Origin: Acidobacteriota bacterium
GTDB lineage: Bacteria > Acidobacteriota > UBA890 > WLXD01
Assembly (NCBI GenBank): GCA_963666055.2
Contig: CAXWPH010000011.1
Span: forward strand, 96,001-160,000
Length of the DNA: 64,000 bases
Direction of reading: 5' to 3'
How positions within the stretch are numbered: position 1 is the stretch's first letter; the number at the start of each line of letters is the position of its first letter. The notes under the pieces were generated by a model, which saw nothing but the letters and a program-made list of their open reading frames with translations, was not told the DNA's origin and made no database searches. Positions 61,358-64,000 of this stretch are shown piece after piece. The position numbers were made by a program, and so were the translations under genes.

Positions 61358-62827
61358 ACGATCGAGGACAAGTGCCTCTACTGCTCTGCGGAGCTGGCCA
61401 GGCTCCACGGCCTCTCCGTCGAAGAGTACATGCGGCGGGTGACGTCGCTGGAAGCCGATCTGGAGTTCGTCCATCCCGACGACCGTGAGCGCTACCGTCG
61501 TTTTTGGAACTTCCTTCCCCTGAACCGGGAATCTCAAGCGGTCATCGAGTACCGGTTGCTTCCGGTGAACGGGCCCATGCTCCACGTGCGCGAAGTGGAG
61601 GTGGCGATCCCGGCGGAAGACGGCTCATACGGCCGCGCCGTGGGTTTCACCCAAGATATCACCGACCGAGTGTTGGCCGAGAAGGCGCTCGCCCGGGCGC
61701 ACGAAGAGCTGGAGCGGAGGGTCGCCGAGCGCACCGCCGAGCTGCGCAAGCGCGAGTGGCAGCTCAAGCAGTCTCACGAGATCGCGCAGCTCGGATATTG
61801 GTTCTGGGACCCGGTCACGGATGTGCTGACGGTCTCGCCAGAGCTCATGAAGATCCTGCAGCTGCCCGCCGGCGAGGACCTGTTGTTCCCGTACTCCGAC
61901 TTCGTAGCGAAGTTCGTCCACCCGGACGATCGGGAGATCGTCATGAAGCTCGACACCCTCTCACGGGAAAAAAGGCGCTTCGAAACCGAGTACCGCCTCG
62001 TGCGCCAGGACGGGGAGGCGCGCTGGGTTCGCGAAGTCGGCGAGGTCGTGTTTGACGACGCGGGGGAGCCCCTCGGAGAAACGGGGATCGTTCAGGACGT
62101 CACAGAGCAGCGTCAGGACGAAGTGCGACTCCGCCAGATCCAGAAGATGGAGGCAGTGGGCCAGCTAACCGGAGGCGTGGCCCATGATTTCAACAACCTC
62201 CTGACGGTCATACTCGGCAACCTGGAGCTTGGGATCGACGCGACCCGACACGGCCAAGACGCCGACGGGTTCCTGACCGCCGCGCTGAAGGCAACGGTGC
62301 GCAGCGCCGATCTCACCAAACAACTCCTGGCCTTCTCCGGCAATCAGACGTCAGCAGTCCGCGTCGGCAACGTCAATGAGGTCATCCGCGGAATGACCAG
62401 TCTGCTGCATCGTATCCTCGGAGAAGAGTTCGTGCTCGAGACGTCTTTCTGGCCCGCCGAGTGTGCGTCCGAGTTCGATCCTGCGCAGCTCGAGAGCGCC
62501 ATCATCAACCTCGCCATCAACTCACGCGATGCCATGGCGAAGGGCGGCACGCTGAGGATCGAAACTACACTCGCAGAGTGGCGAGGGCTCGCCGGAAATG
62601 GCGAGAGCGAGAGGATGGTGCGTATTTCCGTCGTCGATTCTGGGGTCGGCATGGAGCCCGAGGTGAGGGAGCGCTCGTTCGAGCCTTTCTACACGACGAA
62701 GGAGGATGGCAAGGGTACTGGCCTCGGTCTCAGCATGGTCTACGGTTTCGCGAGGCGGTGCGGTGGCGAGCTCGAGATCGAAAGCGAACCGGGCCGGGGA
62801 ACGACCGTGCACATCCTTTTGCCGTGA
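61358..62827 (+). pseudogene. PAS-domain sensor histidine kinase, apparently truncated at both ends
   Basis: Two PAS domains (VHPDDR), GGVAHDFNNLL, NLAINSRDAM, DSGVGM, GTGLGL; frame begins mid-PAS (possible ATG 61430) and stops at HILLP where an opposite-strand fragment begins. Confidence 0.75.
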
Positions 62828-63392
62828 CGCCAATTGCAAACATGAAGGCCACCATGAACGGAAGGGAGTGGCGCGCCGCAGGTTCGATCCCATCCACTAT
62901 CGCGACAAGTACCCGGAACAGCCACCCCACACGAACCGCAACGACGGCCGCGACGATCGATGCATACATTGCCCAGAAGTACGGGCTGGTAAGCGCCATC
63001 TCCCCCAGCGAACGAAGCGTCTGAGTTATCGCCGCGATGAGCGATGGGCTGTTGTGTGGAAGAACCGGAAGCCGCAGAACCACGGCCATGAAGAGGATCG
63101 CCCAGACGCATGCCAGGAGCTTACGTACAGCGAACCAGCGGATCACGTAGAAGCCGAACTCGCCCATCCCGCCCTTCAACATCCGCGCGAGAGCAGGGGC
63201 AAGAATGATGAAGATCACGAACGGTGCAACGAACCCGTAGCCGTCGATCAGGCGGTTGACGGCCCCGTCAACAAAGCCACCGATCGTCGGAAAGTACTTG
63301 GCGCTGAAAATGCCGCTGACAAACGCGCCTACCACGAACGCAACGATGTACTTCTCATACCAGTTGATGAATGCAGCGTATGACATTCGCAT
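62823..63392 (-). pseudogene. N-terminal fragment of a membrane transporter (possibly cation:dicarboxylate symporter-like)
   Basis: ~185 hydrophobic codons (APFVIFIILAPAL...), then the frame runs into kinase antisense sequence. Confidence 0.55.
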
Positions 63393-64000
63393 GTGCTGGA
63401 GTTACCCTCTTGTTTGACGACTAACGGCTTGGGAGTGGGGCACTCGACGTAGTGCCAGGTGGGAACTCGTGGGAGACGCGGAACGGTTTGCGAATGACAG
63501 TGCGGACCGCGGAACGAAGGGCATGATCACGTCAGTTTCCACCGGTTGTCGAAACAGCTGCCAACTCCGCCGCGTACCAAGGCCGAGCGATCCGCATCGG
63601 CCGCACTTTTCGACCAGCTCGCACGGTGTCCTCGAACGTGGATCAGCTCCAGACGGGGACAGTTACCCGGACCTCTGAGCCCGAGGCCAAAGAGCGACCG
63701 TTCCGCGCCGTCCCCCCCCTAACTCGTCGAAGACTGGCGGTGCCGTCCTCATCACGGGTTATTGCAAGATCGAGGCCAACACGCGACAGACACCCAGCTA
63801 TTGGCGAAACCGCGGTCAGGCCGACGGGAATCGAATGCCTATAAGGAGGCGCCGTTGCCCCAGGTAGAGTCCGCGGCCGCGGTCGATCATCTGGATTCAA
63901 GCTCTGCGCTGAGCGCCTCGTCGAGCTGGTTGCGCTGAGGCCGGCGCTCGGACCAAGTCAAGGAACTATCGCCCGAGCTCCGATGCTATGGCCACATCGT

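Noticed and set aside
48-63900. Numerous long antisense and alternate-frame ORFs (e.g. 18148-19173, 22984-24006, 47337-48374, 57771-58916)
   Set aside because: Shadow ORFs typical of high-GC coding DNA, overlapping well-supported genes and lacking motifs.
1-64000. CRISPR array, tRNA or rRNA genes, integron attC array
   Set aside because: No regularly spaced repeats, cloverleaf or rRNA signatures found by eye; a covariance-model scan would be needed to exclude small RNAs.
63400-64000. Short ORFs and the hairpin ggcact-cgacgt-agtgcc near 63440
   Set aside because: No recognisable motifs; a 6-bp stem is expected by chance in GC-rich DNA.

Overview
GC-rich bacterial DNA. Gene style (TonB receptor with N-terminal carboxypeptidase-regulatory-like domain, TPR Ser/Thr kinase, NHL and PQQ propellers, DUF5117/4953 metalloprotease) suggests Acidobacteriota, which is an inference. 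0-38 kb is mostly intact genes: a TonB-dependent receptor, a leucine-catabolism cluster (liuBCD, liuE) with a TetR regulator, a MutS-domain-V ATPase paired with a GT-C glycosyltransferase, Lhr helicase, S1/P1 nuclease, an acyl-CoA ligase/MBL hydrolase/GAF-SpoIIE operon and a POT transporter. It also holds a ~3.1 kb head-to-tail tandem duplication of a cassette of two twin-arginine HisC-like aminotransferases plus a cytochrome c. Each copy lies behind a conserved 14-bp palindrome, and all three genes of copy 2 are disrupted. 38-64 kb is an accessory mosaic: secreted enzymes (IorAB-like molybdoenzyme, amidohydrolase, signal-peptide-bearing 2-hydroxyacid dehydrogenase, heme-c/copper-monooxygenase-like protein with partner), many gene fragments joined abruptly, IS6-family remnants, and the end of a large-serine-recombinase element inserted in comM/yifB whose att site lies inside the recombinase ORF. 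No rRNA, tRNA or CRISPR array was seen. All calls come from motif recognition by eye; no database searches were run.
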